A DNA stretch of 64,000 nucleotides from Camelus dromedarius. Taxonomy: Eukaryota. Under the pieces are notes generated by a model. That model searched no databases. It saw nothing but the letters and a program-made list of their open reading frames with translations, and was not told where the DNA came from. This document shows positions 49,376-62,990 of this stretch, piece after piece. The stretch is taken from assembly GCF_036321535.1 (NCBI RefSeq), contig NC_087436.1, positions 34,286,001 to 34,350,000 of the forward strand. The letters run 5' to 3'. Within the stretch, counting starts at the first letter, position 1; every line of letters starts with the position of its first letter. A program made the translations under genes and the position numbers.

Positions 49376-50062
49376 AAAATAGGTAAGAGGCATTTGAAAT
49401 CAGTAAATCCATAGAATAAGGAAGTGATGCTTCTAATTTATTTGTACTGAAGCTAACCAAGGTGGCTCTTTATAGATAGCACTTTCTAAAATTTTCCAAA
49501 GAATATTTTTAGTTATCTGTTATGGAATACTGTCAAGCGTACCAGATTACACTGACACTTTGTCACTTTGAAAACAAGGGCTTGTCACCAAACTTCTGAA
49601 ATGCAGCAAGAACTTCAAAGACAGCTAAATATGACTGTGAGTTTATCCTTCTTTCATTACACTCAGCTTCACTTTACAAGTAAGGATGCAAGAGAAATAT
49701 GCAGAGAAGGCTGAAGCCGTCATTCCACTCCGTGACTCACAGACAATGGTAACATAGGAGGTGATTAAATAAAATCTCAGAATTGGAAAAGATTTTAGAG
49801 ATCATCGCCTTTGATTCCTTTGAACAAAGAATTCCAGGCCAAAGAGTTAAAGTGGATCCCTAACTTCAGGGTTAGTAGAGATCTGTGACTAGAATTGAGA
49901 TTCTTTTCCAAACATTTCATACTTTAACAAATATGTCATTTATCCTACTTTATTTAAAATGAAAATAATAGTCTGAAATACAATGCTTATAGTTCCCATT
50001 ATTTCATAGTACATTCATTATCTTTATCTAGATGCTATTAAAAATTAGGTATTATAAAAAAA

Positions 50063-50230
50063 TTCAATATCTTGCAATAACCTAAAATGGAAAAGAATCT
50101 GAAAAAGAATAGATATATACATATACTAACATATAACTGAATCACCTTGCTGTACACCTGAAACTAACACACATTCTAAATTAAAAGTATAATTCAATAA
50201 AAGTGGTTAAAAATAAAATAAAATAAAATT
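50063..50230 (+). mobile_element. L1 3' end with A-rich tail, artiodactyl type
   Basis: ttcaatatcttgcaataacctaaaatggaaaagaatctgaaaaagaatag...ctgaatcaccttgctgtacacctgaaactaacac...aaaataaaataaaataaaa. Confidence 0.9.
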
Positions 50231-50284
50231 AAGATATTGAACAAAGGTTATTTCTTGTCCTCCACTTATTTCTAAAGGTAGACA

Positions 50285-50500
50285 TGGAGGCTATTAGTGG
50301 ATTTAAATCCTGGATTTGCCATTTTTATCTGTATGAACTTAGAAAACTATTTAATCTGCATGTGCCCCTATTTCTTCATCAGTAACTTTGAGATAATAAA
50401 AGTACCACATTCATTGGGATGCTGTGATGGTTAAATAAGACAAAGGGTATATAGAGCACATAGAATGGTGTCTGGCACACATTTAGTGCTCATTAAGAGA
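50285..50500 (+). mobile_element. MIR SINE
   Basis: tttaaatcctggatttgcca...gagataataaaagtaccac...tgtctggcacacat. Confidence 0.75.
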
Positions 50501-51764
50501 GCTGATGTGAGTACTAGCACTGAACAGTATACTGCTGAAGTCTCGTTGCAAGCAACACAACACAAACATTCCATACACACGCACATAATATAGATTCTAG
50601 TTATAGAAATAAAACTGCAATTGTTAGAAGGAACACATTTTAGGCTCACAGTTACAAATGTCAATATTGTTTTAGAGATCTGACCCTTGTTTGGATCTCT
50701 ACACCCCTTTTCAGATAAAATATGTCTCCACTAGAGCAATTAAGATAAAATCAAGATAAAAAGGAAATATAGGCAAAGCATTCCTCACGGTGACTTACTT
50801 CATATATGTGGAGCTACATCATTACAATTCTGACTTGAACAATTCATTGAATTATCATTACTTCACTAAACAAACTTAAATAATAGATTTAATCAAATAA
50901 TACTCTAGCTTTTACACAAAGTTCAAAGCACATTTCACATTTGTAATTTTTTTAGGAAAAAAAAAAGTGTTCAATTATTCATACCAGACTATTAATGGTG
51001 ATTATTTGTGTTTTGTTCTTTAGTGTATTTTCTAAACTCGATACCATGAAAAGCTAACATTTTATAAAAAGGAAAAAAAGAACATTATGTAGTATTTGAA
51101 AAGTAAAGGTGTTAGATTTAGAATTAAAAAAATATGTATTTTAACTTCATAAAGACATCCATAAAAGCAGACTTCTAGTATTCAATCTTAGAGTAAAAGC
51201 ATGGATTTTCCACTTGTTATTGTGTGTGACTTGATCAAGACAACTTTTCTGAATTTCTGTTTCTGTTTATAAACATGAATATGATAACACTGCCTTTCTT
51301 GTTGGACCACTGTTAAGGATACAAGCATATCAAAACTGATTTGATATCAGTCCACTACTATTATGTAAATGAATGTGATGTGTTGTCTTATAAAATTCCA
51401 TACTCAACATTAGCAACACAACTAATCATGAATCATGTGTCATATATTAAGAAGAGGACTGTCTGAGGAGCTCCCCTCTTACCCTTTTTTGGGGCCAGCT
51501 CTGCCATTTACTAGTTGTGAGATCTAAGTACCCCAGCTCATCAAATGTAGCTAATAATTCTTGGCACATTACCTCAGGTCATTCAAAAGATTTAATGACA
51601 TGATATCTATCAAAATATTTTTTAAAAGTGATTTGCACTTACAAAGTACAATCATACTATGTCCGCCAAAGACCAGGCTCTGTACTAGGCACTTTGGATA
51701 TACTAGGCAACAAAGAAAGCATGATTCTCACTCTGATGGAGGAGACTAGCTGAATTATTGACAT

Positions 51765-52066
51765 TTAGGATGTCCCCTTCTCAGGGAGGTGTTCTCTAAA
51801 TGACCTTATATAAAGAGTACGCTCCATATCCCTCCTTCATTCTCCAGCACATCATTATATATCCAGTTTTATTCATAAAATAGCTCACTATCCATAATTA
51901 TCCCATTTATATATTTGTGTCATTATCTTCCCACTCTCCCCACAATTGATCCTCCCCTACAAAGAGACATTTTTCATCTTATTATCCACTTCTACGTTCC
52001 CAGCCCCTAGGACAAAGTCTAGCAAACACTAGGGGCTCTTTCATTATTCACTGAATAAATGAAATG
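51765..52066 (+). mobile_element. L2 3' end
   Basis: ccttctcagggaggtgttctctaaatgacctta...ttcccagcccctaggaca...tgaataaatgaa. Confidence 0.75.
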
Positions 52067-54074
52067 GTAAGCCCACTAGTTCTAGATTATTACTTATGGT
52101 CCTTATAGCAGACAGCAGGAAATCAAGCCAGTTTCTCAGCTGGACATACTCTAGTAAATACACCCTGTGCCACCAGGCTCCAGCAGTCTCCTGCTACCTT
52201 TCACAGCAGCTACTGTGGGGATTTCATGGCTCTCCATGTTCTCCACTGCTGGTTTTGGAAAGGAAGTCTCTTAAAAGGTATGTGCCGCTATTTCCTTAAA
52301 GAATTATTAATATAATTAATATGAATTAATTAATACAGGTGATAGTAATCTCCCAAATTGTTGCAGGAAAGTTAAACATTTTCCTTCTTGGCTATTTTTG
52401 ATTGTAGATAGTTGTTCCCAATCTCTTAAAAGCTATGTTGATAAGATTTAAAACATTACGTTTAGATAAGATCTCTGCTGATTTTACATTATTTACCTGA
52501 AATTGTATCTCACTTATGCCCTCCAACCATAATATATCAGATATCTGTGTATGTGTACTTATTTTAATGGAAAAGCAAAAGACTGATATAAACTTACTTA
52601 ACATAAGAAGACATACATATCATACATGAAAAATATAATTCAAGCTACATAATATGATTCTCTCTTGGCATATTTATTCTCAAAGTATTCTAAGATCGTG
52701 TAGTGCCAAACACAATATTTTTTTTTTGTCCCTTTGCCAAAGTGATACTTGACCATTGAAGTCTAGAGGATGTACAACAAAAAGGCACAAATAGATGAGA
52801 CTTTAAATTCACTCAAGGAACATTTGGGGCTATGCAAGCATGGAGAACAAGATTACCTTAAAAAGTACAGTTTCCAGAAATTCTCATAAGAATTCCTCAG
52901 CAGGCATTTGGCTAGAATCCAACTTTCTTTTTCTCAAAAAAAAAAAAAAAAAAAAAAACCTTTTGGATATTTTCCTATCTTGACATTTTCTGAGAGCTCT
53001 GAGGCATTGCCAAATGTCAAGTGTGCATGTGATATTTTTTTAATCATACTTAAAAAAAATCTTAATTTGCATTCAGTTTTGAGTTTCAGAATCAGGAGAG
53101 TCTCAAATTCAGTGGGAAGGGTTAACATTTTTTTAATCCAATACCACATATACATATCCTAACCAGAGAAATATCACAGACTTCCTGGCTTCCCTCCAAA
53201 GACTCTACCAGTCGGGCTCATTGGCTCAATTCCCATTCTACTCTAAAACGTCTCTTTAGTTTGCTTTACTTTGTCTTTTGCATATTCTAACTGCATAAAT
53301 TGTTTACTGTGAATGCTATGGAGCTTCTCTCCAAGTAATTCAAATAAAAAACACAGCTATTTAATAATCACTAAGGCATACTGGAAAAACCAACTTTCTC
53401 AATCATACACTTTATTTCTACAAACCCACACTTACTCTTTACAAATCAGGATTTGCACTTCAATCTGTTCAAGCTCTTCTGCCACAGGGAAAGGCCATTT
53501 CAAGATTCTCTGTAGTCTTTGCCAAAGTTTCTGTCTATAAATACTTAACACTTCATACTGGCTCCAGAAAACTAATTTCCAAACTAGTGACGAATACTAA
53601 ACTGACTATTTAAGAAAGTCCTATAAAACCTAAAACAGAAGGGGGAAAAACTAGACTGGCAGATTTAGAGAGTTCTACACCATCAGGTAGGAAATTGCCT
53701 TTTCCTCTTCTGTTCATTATTTCTACCTACCTGAGACAGGGCAGAATTTCCACACACAAACACCCCTTCTCCTGTTTAAACCTATAGTAGATTTGTGGGT
53801 GAAAGTCACCAAACCCAATTTTTGCATATATGGGTCTGCAGCTGTTCCTCATGTGCTGCGTAAGGAAGGGTAAATGCTATAGATGTCTGAGTATAAATGG
53901 TAATGGTCACCCATGAATTTCTCTACAGGAAACGATTTTCAATTCAGCCATCTTTCATTGAACTCCACTTACTCTGAACAACTGAAGAACTTCTTAATTT
54001 TCTATGACGTATGGTTTTAAAACTAGCTACAGAGTATGTCCTTTTTTCCTCAACCTGATATTTAAACCGAGTAT

Positions 54075-54412
54075 TTCTTTTTTAATTTCAGCTTTATTAA
54101 GGTGTAAAAGGAAGACACTGTGGTGATCTGAGATACTGTATACATCGTGAAAGGATTCTCCTATTTAGTTAACATATCCGTCACCTCACATATATATCTT
54201 TTTCTTTTTAATGAGAATATTTAAGTGCTATTCTCTCAGCAAATTTCAACTATACATTATAGTGCTATCAAGTATAGTCACCATGTTTTCTATTAGATCC
54301 TCAGACCTTAGTCATCTTATAGCTGAGAGTTTACACCATTTTACCAACCTCTCCGTATTCCCGCTAACTCCCAGCCCCTGACAACCACTTTTTTACTCTG
54401 CTCCTGAGTTTG
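54075..54412 (-). mobile_element. L1MA9/10-like 3' end
   Basis: cagctttattaaggtg...tagttaacatatccgtcacctcaca...agcaaatttcaactatac...agtcaccatg...ttagatcctcagacc...agcccctgacaaccac. Confidence 0.88.
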
Positions 54413-54514
54413 TAAATATTATGCATATTTTAAATGTCTATGCATACTTAAATACTAAGTCATGCCTTTTTCATATACCCCATGGTTCTTAGCACATATG
54501 CAGTTCTTTATTTT

Positions 54515-54765
54515 TATGTAAGACTACAGACTTTGGAACCAGAACATCTGGGTTTAAATCTATTTCTGACAATTACAAATTGTATGACCTTGGGATAGAC
54601 AAGCCATAACCTTGTTGTTTCTCAATTTCTTCATTGGTTAAATGTGATAATATAAGTAAATGTCTCATAGAATTTTTATAAGTATTAAATGGCTTAATAT
54701 ATGTGAAGTGTTTAGAAAAAATGTCTGGTAAATACTTATTCCTAGCTCTATCAAAAATTGCTTCG
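54515..54765 (+). mobile_element. Near full-length MIR SINE
   Basis: cagactttggaaccagaacatctgggtttaaatc...tgtatgaccttggg...atatgtgaagtgtttagaa. Confidence 0.82.
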
Positions 54766-55149
54766 AGTCTATTTTACCTGAAAGAATTGTTATTGTTAGT
54801 GAGGCTTGAGCAGTATCATAAAATAAATGATATCATTTGATGCATATTTGCTACGCTAAAAACGAAAGGGAAAAAAATTCTAGTATACATACATGCTGAG
54901 GCACTTCAAATGTCTCCCTGACTAGTTTTAATCAAATATTCATTTTCCATTCCTTCTTTCCATATCCTATGTTTCCTAACTCTATCCTTTTTCCTCCTTC
55001 CCCACAATTAATATCCTTGTTCAAATGATGGTCATAACTCTCCTAGCTTACTACACTAATCTATTAATCTGGCAACCAATCTTGCTATTCTCAAGTATGT
55101 AATGATTCTGGTGAGAAACAATGGTTCTGGAGAGAACCTACTCCCCTTT

Positions 55150-56060
55150 GGATAATACAGCTGCTCTCATGGTTACTTTCATGAATACTGAACTCCAGAT
55201 CTAAATTTTAACCTAGACTGTCCTGTTGTGCTCCAGATGCAACTATCCACCTAACTGATATTTCCATTGGGTATTTCAGAGTGTCCTCACATTGAACAAG
55301 ACTCAAAATACATCTATCACCTACATCCTCCAGTGTTCTGTAACTCACCATCCTTAGTTGTTCGAGGCAGAAACCTAACCAGCATCTTGCTGCTCCCAAC
55401 ATCCTCCCATTATCCTCCACACTCACATCCTGTTCATCACCAAGAAACAGCAGTACCACCTCGTCAGCACATCTCAAAGCAACGCCCAGGTCTCCAACCT
55501 CACTGCCACCTCCTGGTCCACGGCCCCGTGTTCTCTATACTGAACTCCTAAGACCACATGCCCTGACCTCTAACCAGTCTCTTTGCATCCATTTATGATT
55601 CCATTCAGCTGGAAGGCTTTTTACAAAACACAAATATGATCAAAATAATACTCTTCAATGGCTTCTCCTTTTGGGATGAGTAATACTAAACTGACTTCTG
55701 GAAATCCTCACACTCATACCCAGGCTAATTCCCCAGGCTCATCTCTCACTTCTTCCCTTTCAGCTCTGTCAGTTTAATAAAATTCTTTTTCGGTTACTCA
55801 GCTGTACTCTTTCCACCTCAGGGCTTTTATGCATGGTATTCCTTTTGCTTGGAATGCTGCTTCCTAACCACTGAACTTGGCCTAATTAATTTCAAGTGAC
55901 CCTTCAAGCCACAGTGTAAATATCACTTCCATACTGACTCTTTCAGTGATCCATAGTCTCGTTTCGGTTCCCTTCCAATATTTTCTTAAAGTGCCCTGTT
56001 TTTCTATCACACATTCATAATAATTTATTGAGATACCTTATTAATAACTATTTTTCTCAA
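55150..56060 (+). mobile_element. L2 LINE 3' region
   Basis: actccagatc...ggcagaaacctaaccagcatcttg...cacctcagggcttttatgcatgg...cttggaatgctgcttcc...aaatatcacttcc. Confidence 0.8.
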
Positions 56061-59000
56061 TGAGCAGAGTGAAATTGAAGTGCACTGGGGGCTAAATTTC
56101 CAGGTAAAATCTAGCCAATAGTCAGAATGTGATGCTTTTGAAGTCAGGAGAGAGAAGTAAAAAGTGATCAACATAAAAGTGACAGTTGACACTATGAGAT
56201 TGCTAAGGAGACACTTCAGAGAGCGAGGAGGGGTCGTCCAAGGCCAAGGCCAAGGTTTTTGAGAAAAACCTCCATTTAATTTGTAGCAAGAGGGAGGTTA
56301 GGAGAGAAGGAGAGAGAGAGAGGGAGAGAGAATATAAATAAAAACACTCAGAGAGGTAACCAAAGAAAAACCAATTTTCAATTTAACTAGATAAAGTGAT
56401 AGAATGACTCTAAAACTTAATGACCCCAAAACTTAATGACCCCAATCCCAGCACATCACTGTAAAACAAGAAACAAATTGGGAAAAATTATAGTTGAATA
56501 TGAGTATTGCAAAAGTACTTACACATGTGCTTCTATTTTATTCTTTCAAACTAAATTATATATAGTATAAGCACCCAATTTCACTAATACATTGCTTTAT
56601 TGCAGCTGAGAACATGACTAATAGATGTAAATTATATTTCTTTAAGAGTATGCATTTATTCCTATCTATCAAAATACCCACATATATATGTACATAGTTG
56701 TTGGCATTATACAACATTTCTACTGTGAAATTTTGTTTGATAATGTTTTATTTTTAACTAAAGGAAAAAATATTTTTGTTTAATTGAAGAATTTTTTTCT
56801 AATAAGCTCTAAGAGGCTTAAGACCTTTATATAAACCATTCAATTAATGCTAAGCTAAAAAAAAAGATTACCTTCTCTTCTGATTTAGTCATAATAGCTG
56901 AATCCACTCCCACAGACTTTGAATATTATATATTATTATATATTTAATAGAAGTTTTGCTGTATTTACTCTTCTTTCACTTGACAAAATTTTGCTGTATT
57001 TACTCTTTGCTCAAAGAATATAGAGTTGAATAAATTATCTTCTATCAATAGTAATTTTGGCTATTTTCCTAATAAATTCATATTGTATTTCACCGTGTAA
57101 TGAAGGTCAAATAGTAAATCTGTCTATCTCCATAGAAGCTCATAAAGCTCACAGAAATTCCTCTTACAGATTCTCTGCTTCCATATTTTGAAAAACTTTA
57201 CCCCTTTTATCCTTCTTATAAAAAAGGGAGGAATCGTTTATCTTCTCCAAACTTTATAAAATATTCCTTACTCTTGTCATAATGACATCTCTACTTATTC
57301 TTTGGACTAACATCTTTCAATATATACCTGATGCCTGCCTAAGTTCTCAGAATATTATGCTGGAAAAAACCTGATATTCAGCTTTAAAGAGTTTGACTCT
57401 CATCTTCTTGAAAGGAAATATACCGACTACATTTCCTTACAGAGTTGAGAAAGGTGGGAAATGCATCTGTGTGCACACTCACACACATACACACATACAC
57501 ACAATCTTACTCAGTAACCTTGGTAATAGAGGGGGTAATATCATGGAATAACAGTGGAAAGAAATGTAAATGGTGTTTTCAGCAGGTCATGAATCCAGAG
57601 TGGTGTAAAAACCAAGAGCTTCTAGTGAGAGAGGAATTTAACAGCAACTGGAAGTCAGAAAACTGGGATAAAATAGAATGTAAAAGTCAAAATAAATAGG
57701 GCAACCCAAACAGTTCTACCCAAGCTGTCAAAGTCTGGTTTGAATCCAGCAACCCTTTTCTCCTACTTCTTGTAGGAGTCCCTGTGCTTCATGGGTGACT
57801 GAAGTTCATTCCAGTGTGTCCGGGACTTGCACATGAGGGTGAATGAATGAGGCTCATGACTGATGCACGACGTAGAAGGACAATTAGCAACAATTACAGG
57901 GGAGAAAATGATCACTTTTCTATTTGGATGTTCTTGCTTCCCACAACATCTCCCCTACTTTGTTGCCCTATTCTGTATCGCAAAATGCAGGTCAGACAGT
58001 GTCGTCCTTGTCGGATCCTGTCCCACCAATGAAGTGAATAACCCCTTCTCAATGCGGCTGTTGTGGCTTACAATTTCCCAAAGTTTGCAAATCACAATTT
58101 TAAAATCAACTCTTGATTTGTCTGTCCTCCTTACTAAGGTAAAATGAATGTCTTTTTAGATCATCCAACACAGCACCTTGTTCAGGGTAGCAGGTTTTGC
58201 GTAAACGTTTGTTAGATCAACTCTCAGTATCACTGCCTGCACACCATCCTAGGTTTAAAACAAAGATAATCACTATATTCCCAAACCTCTCTTGGGCACA
58301 TGGGTCCTACTCCATCACTAGCTATTGAAAATGCATCATCCTTTGTTTACTCTGTCAAATACCATCTCCCTCACGCCGCCTTCCAGATTACCACAGTTTG
58401 ATGAATCTCATTCCCCTTATTCCCACGGCACCTTGTTTTTTCTCCTTTCATTGTACAAGTTATACTGAACTGCTTCATGTGGGTAACTGCTTTACATGCT
58501 CAGCTAATAATTGACTGAAACCCCAAAGAACAGAGACACTTCTTTTTTATTATCTTTGAATTCCCTCCAACATCTATCACAGTACCTCTGTGAGAGAGCT
58601 GAGATCTCATGCATATTCATCACAGCTAATTGATTTGAACTTTCCCCCTGTAGGGAAAAAATGCAATATTTAGTCACACGCTTACTAGCAATTTGACACT
58701 GAATTTTATGAAAAGTACTTGGAACAATACACATCATTATATTTATATCTGTAAATATTTATCTCAGAATTAAGCAAAACCATATTTTATATGTTTATCA
58801 TTGTTAGTAAGTTAAATTTTTAACAAAGTAAAGATGGTTATGCCACCCATATTATAGCTGCAATCCATCCCCCACCCCCAAAGAGCTGTTGAGTTTTGAG
58901 AATCTCTTCAGGGGTGTGACTCCAATTAAGTGCCTACATATTATTGTTCAGTGCAAACAGTACAGGTGCATTATAATTATTTGTGAGCTGCTCAGCCTTC

Positions 59001-59109
59001 CCTACCAGACTGTAAGTTCCCTGAGGACGGTACCTGTTTACTCAGGTCTTTGGACATAATAGTCTTGAATAAATAGTTCCTGAAATTAGTTAATTAGTTG
59101 AGAAACAAT

Positions 59110-59350
59110 GAATTAACTATGACAGCAATAGTAATAATAATAGGTAACATGTGAATCTATATACCATCTTGTACTCATTACATCATTTTATCTTCCTTAT
59201 AAGCCTAAGAGCGAAACGTTGTTTTCCACGTCTTCAGGATGGAAACATGGAAGCTCCATGAAGTCAGTTAACTTGCTTAGGTCACAAAGTCAGCAAACTG
59301 TGAAAGTGGCATAGGAAACTAGACATGATGACTGCAGATCGCTTAACCAC
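59110..59350 (-). mobile_element. MIR SINE
   Basis: gatggaaacatggaagctc...gttaacttgcttaggtcacaaag...cttaaccact. Confidence 0.7.
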
Positions 59351-60299
59351 TTAGGAAAGAGGGAAGGAGGTGGTAATTCCTAGAGTGACGGAAGTGCTGG
59401 TGCTGAAAATGTGTAAAGGAGAAACTTTGTGAAGAAACATGTGAGCTTTTAGAATGTCAGAGGGCAACTAGAAAAGAAAACAAGATAGGCTGATTAGAGT
59501 GGAGAAATTGAGGGAAAGCTGATGGCAGCAGGGAGAGAAGGAGAGGACTCTAGGACACTCAAAGTTCAGTTACTGTGTTCAGGGGAAAATCCATCTAGGG
59601 CAGCTTGGGTGAGTGGATTCCAGGGGAGAGTAGTGTTTTCACCATAAGGTTAAGAAGCGTAAACTTTGAAATTATTTCTCCCCAGAGATCCAGGCTAAGA
59701 CCCATGAATAAAAGAAAGATAAACAGATGAGAAAATAAAACAACAAAACAACACACAAAAACAGGCAAAACATAAGGGTATTCATTCCCTGGATGCTCAC
59801 ATCACAGTCATGTTTCAAGTATTTCATGCACGTACTTTCCGTCCCATGGTTACTCTCCTCTATTTCAGTTTTTCCTTTGAAGCGACTAATTTCCTTTTGC
59901 ATTACATTACTTATATCAACAAGGAGGCACATGCTTTTGATTTAAAAGGAAAATTGTACAGCAGAATTAGAAATAATGATCTCATAAATAATTATATTTT
60001 CAAGACTGAAAAATCTCATACTATTCATTACTGGGTTCACTGAGTAGCACTATGACAAGCCACAATGAAATAAATCATTTGCATTAAAAATAAACTGTGA
60101 TTGTCTTAAAATATCCCAGTGAGCAAAGATGTAGGAAGGCAGAAGATATGGGGGATATATATTAGCTTTCAGCATGAATTGCCAGTTTAACATTCTAATA
60201 CAGATAACTCACTTATTAGGAAAATAATTAATACCCCTAAAATCAAGGATATTGAACATATAACCTAATCACTACAGTTAGAAGAATTTTCACTTGGCC

Positions 60300-60445
60300 T
60301 TAATAAACTTGGGTCAGTTGCCTCCACCTGTCTATATTTTTCTCATGGGGAAAATGGAGAGAATGGTGGTACCTACCTCACAAGACTGTTGGGGGCATTA
60401 AATGTGCTACTATGTGTCAACAGAGCAGAATCTGGTAAATGCTGT
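60300..60445 (+). mobile_element. MIR fragment
   Basis: aaaatggagagaatggtggtacctacctcacaagactgttgggggcattaaatg. Confidence 0.7.
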
Positions 60446-62599
60446 ATGTAGAGATGTTTGTGCGGCTGCTTCTACTTTTTGTTGAACATTTAACTTCTAA
60501 GTTTGATCGTAAATGTGATATACAAATCAACAAGAATGCTTATTACTTATGCAAAATTAACTACCTTCTAAATAAAACAACAGTAAAATAATCACAGAGC
60601 AGAGAGTGAACAAGTTTGTATGATTTATGATACCCAGAATGTGGGTTCTAAACAAAGTACAATGTACACAGCCTTACTTCCCACTTCTTAGTTGCCTTCC
60701 TTCTTCTAACAGATATAATTTTCAGCTCCTAAATCTATAACCCACACCAAATCCTCACAAAAGACAGAAAATGTGGATGTAAATGGTAGCAGAAAATCGT
60801 ACCTCTCACAAACACAACAGATGATTTCTATATGATAACAAGTCCCAATTATTTTAAAATCAAGACTTAAAATTAAACACAATTATTTTAAAGAAAAAAA
60901 AGGGCTAATGTAAATCAACCAAAGTTTCATTTACGTTTTTCCCTACTACACACTCATAATAATAATAGTGGGGCTTTCCCCATCCTTGCTGGCTTCCTTA
61001 AAAGAACTCTAGTTGGATTTATGTATTGAAAGATTAAATAACTACAAAAGAAACTCATGCCAAAGGGCAGAATGAAATAATCTTACAGCTCTATGAGCAG
61101 TTAGCTATTCCTTTCATAAGGTAAGGGAAAGGGATATATGGCCCAGTTCATTAATCTGTAGGATTTGACAAACAACGTTGAGAGGTTCTCAGGGGCCACT
61201 CCCCACGATGAACAAGAGCGTCTGTGGTCAATGACAGCTCCCAGGAGGAAGGTCTGAGCCCTTTGTAAAATTCTTTGATTCAAACATACCCATAGAGCAC
61301 GTGCCAGCGGTGTTCAGTGATCTACGCTTTAACAGTTACTTCAAATCTGAGCTGCAATGAGGAGATAAAATATTTTGTTTTTCTTTAGTGAAAGGAGTAA
61401 ACTCCACAAGAGTGGGCAGTAAAATAACATCCCCTATGTCTTTGTGTGAAAACCTAATGTTATCAAATACAGCTGGAACGTGTATATTTCACTTAGTTAA
61501 ATGCTAGTGGGCACATTAGTGAAATAATTTCTATTAAAATTCCATTTGATTCCTTTGTTTCGTTAGAATTACTTAAAGATCCAAAATCATCTGGGTTAAA
61601 AAATATAAATCTACCCCATGTCTTGCTTTATAAGTCTTCTTTGCTCTGTAAGAATCTATATCAAGTTAAGTGAGCAATCAACTATTTTTATCATAGATCA
61701 AGAGATTGTACATCTGCCTAAATTCATAAAAACTGGAATCAGGGATATCTTATTCAGACATATTTATTCGCTAGAAACAAATTTAGCATTCTACTCTGTG
61801 ATCACATTTATCATACCTGAGAGATTTTAATGTTTTTTTCTAATTTACAGAGTGTCAAAAACACTGATTTTACACTTGAGCACAATTATTCCTTTTATCT
61901 GAATATTGCTTTATATTTCATCTTATATAACACATCATCTGGTGTATTCACTTGTCCTTTTATTTCTTCATCATTAGTGCCACATGCTTTGTGTAACAGC
62001 AGGCAATGGGCGAAAATGCTGGCGGTGGTTTCAATGAGGTTACAAAACAGAAGAAATGCAAAGACATAGTCACATCCGCGAGGAACTTAATTTGTATATT
62101 TTTAGATTCATGACTGTTCAACATGGGACTATTAAAGACTGAATGCAGTGCCCCACCATCTAGCCATTGGTGAATGACTTTCATTTGTATGTGTATTGTG
62201 TGAGGCTAAATGTATACAACGTTCTCTAACTCAACTATATCTCACTTAGATTATCTGGCCTTATCACCTGTATTATACAGTCACTTTAAAAAATCATTTT
62301 CACACAGGACCTTTCCAAATAGGTAAACATGGCTCAAGACCTATAAAATGGCAAACAAAATAGATCTACAATTTTAGAGCAGAATACTATTACTATAATG
62401 ATCATCTACACATGTAGAAGACTTCTTTTCATATCCCATTAATAAGTCAAATAAAAACCAACCTTCAGACTGTGTACATAAATACCAATCTGTTATATAT
62501 TAGTCCAAGTATCTATTTAAAATAAATATTGCTTCAGACATGCAATAAATTCATAAACAGCACTTCTCTCCATTTACTTTGAAGACAAATTGCCCAGGG

Positions 62600-62990
62600 A
62601 GGTAAAGATGTCAGTCCGTTTATCACAGATCCAATTTTAAGACATGTCAAGGAGTAAAAATGTATGACTCGTAAGCGACTCTGCTCTTCTCAAGCTGAGG
62701 AATGCGAGCAGGGTGTACTATTATTGTTAGACTACAAAGATAAGACCACCCTGAGTGGCTCGTGTGAACACTGTCACAGCTGCCTCTTTTCTCTTTGAAA
62801 TCATTCAAAGTGATGCATGAGGACGAGGCTGCTTTTATCAGCCTCCCACTCGGGGTCTGTTTAGCCCACTGAGGAAAATACTGGTGATACACTGCTGACA
62901 GAAAACAAAACATGATCCAAGCAGCAGGGCTGCTACTCACAAGATATTATTATGTCAATCAAAGGATGCAGCTGTGATAGAGAAATTCCT
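62600..62990. promoter_or_regulatory. Candidate intronic enhancer; non-repeat block with clustered GATA, TCF/LEF, E-box, MEIS and GLI-like motifs
   Basis: Motif content read directly from the sequence (see findings). Function is inferred only. Confidence 0.35.

Noticed and set aside
419-62940. The remaining 60-145 aa ORFs in the track
   Set aside because: No domain-like sequence. Many overlap L2, MIR, L1, microsatellites or the N gap, or are antisense shadows of exons. This length range is expected background.
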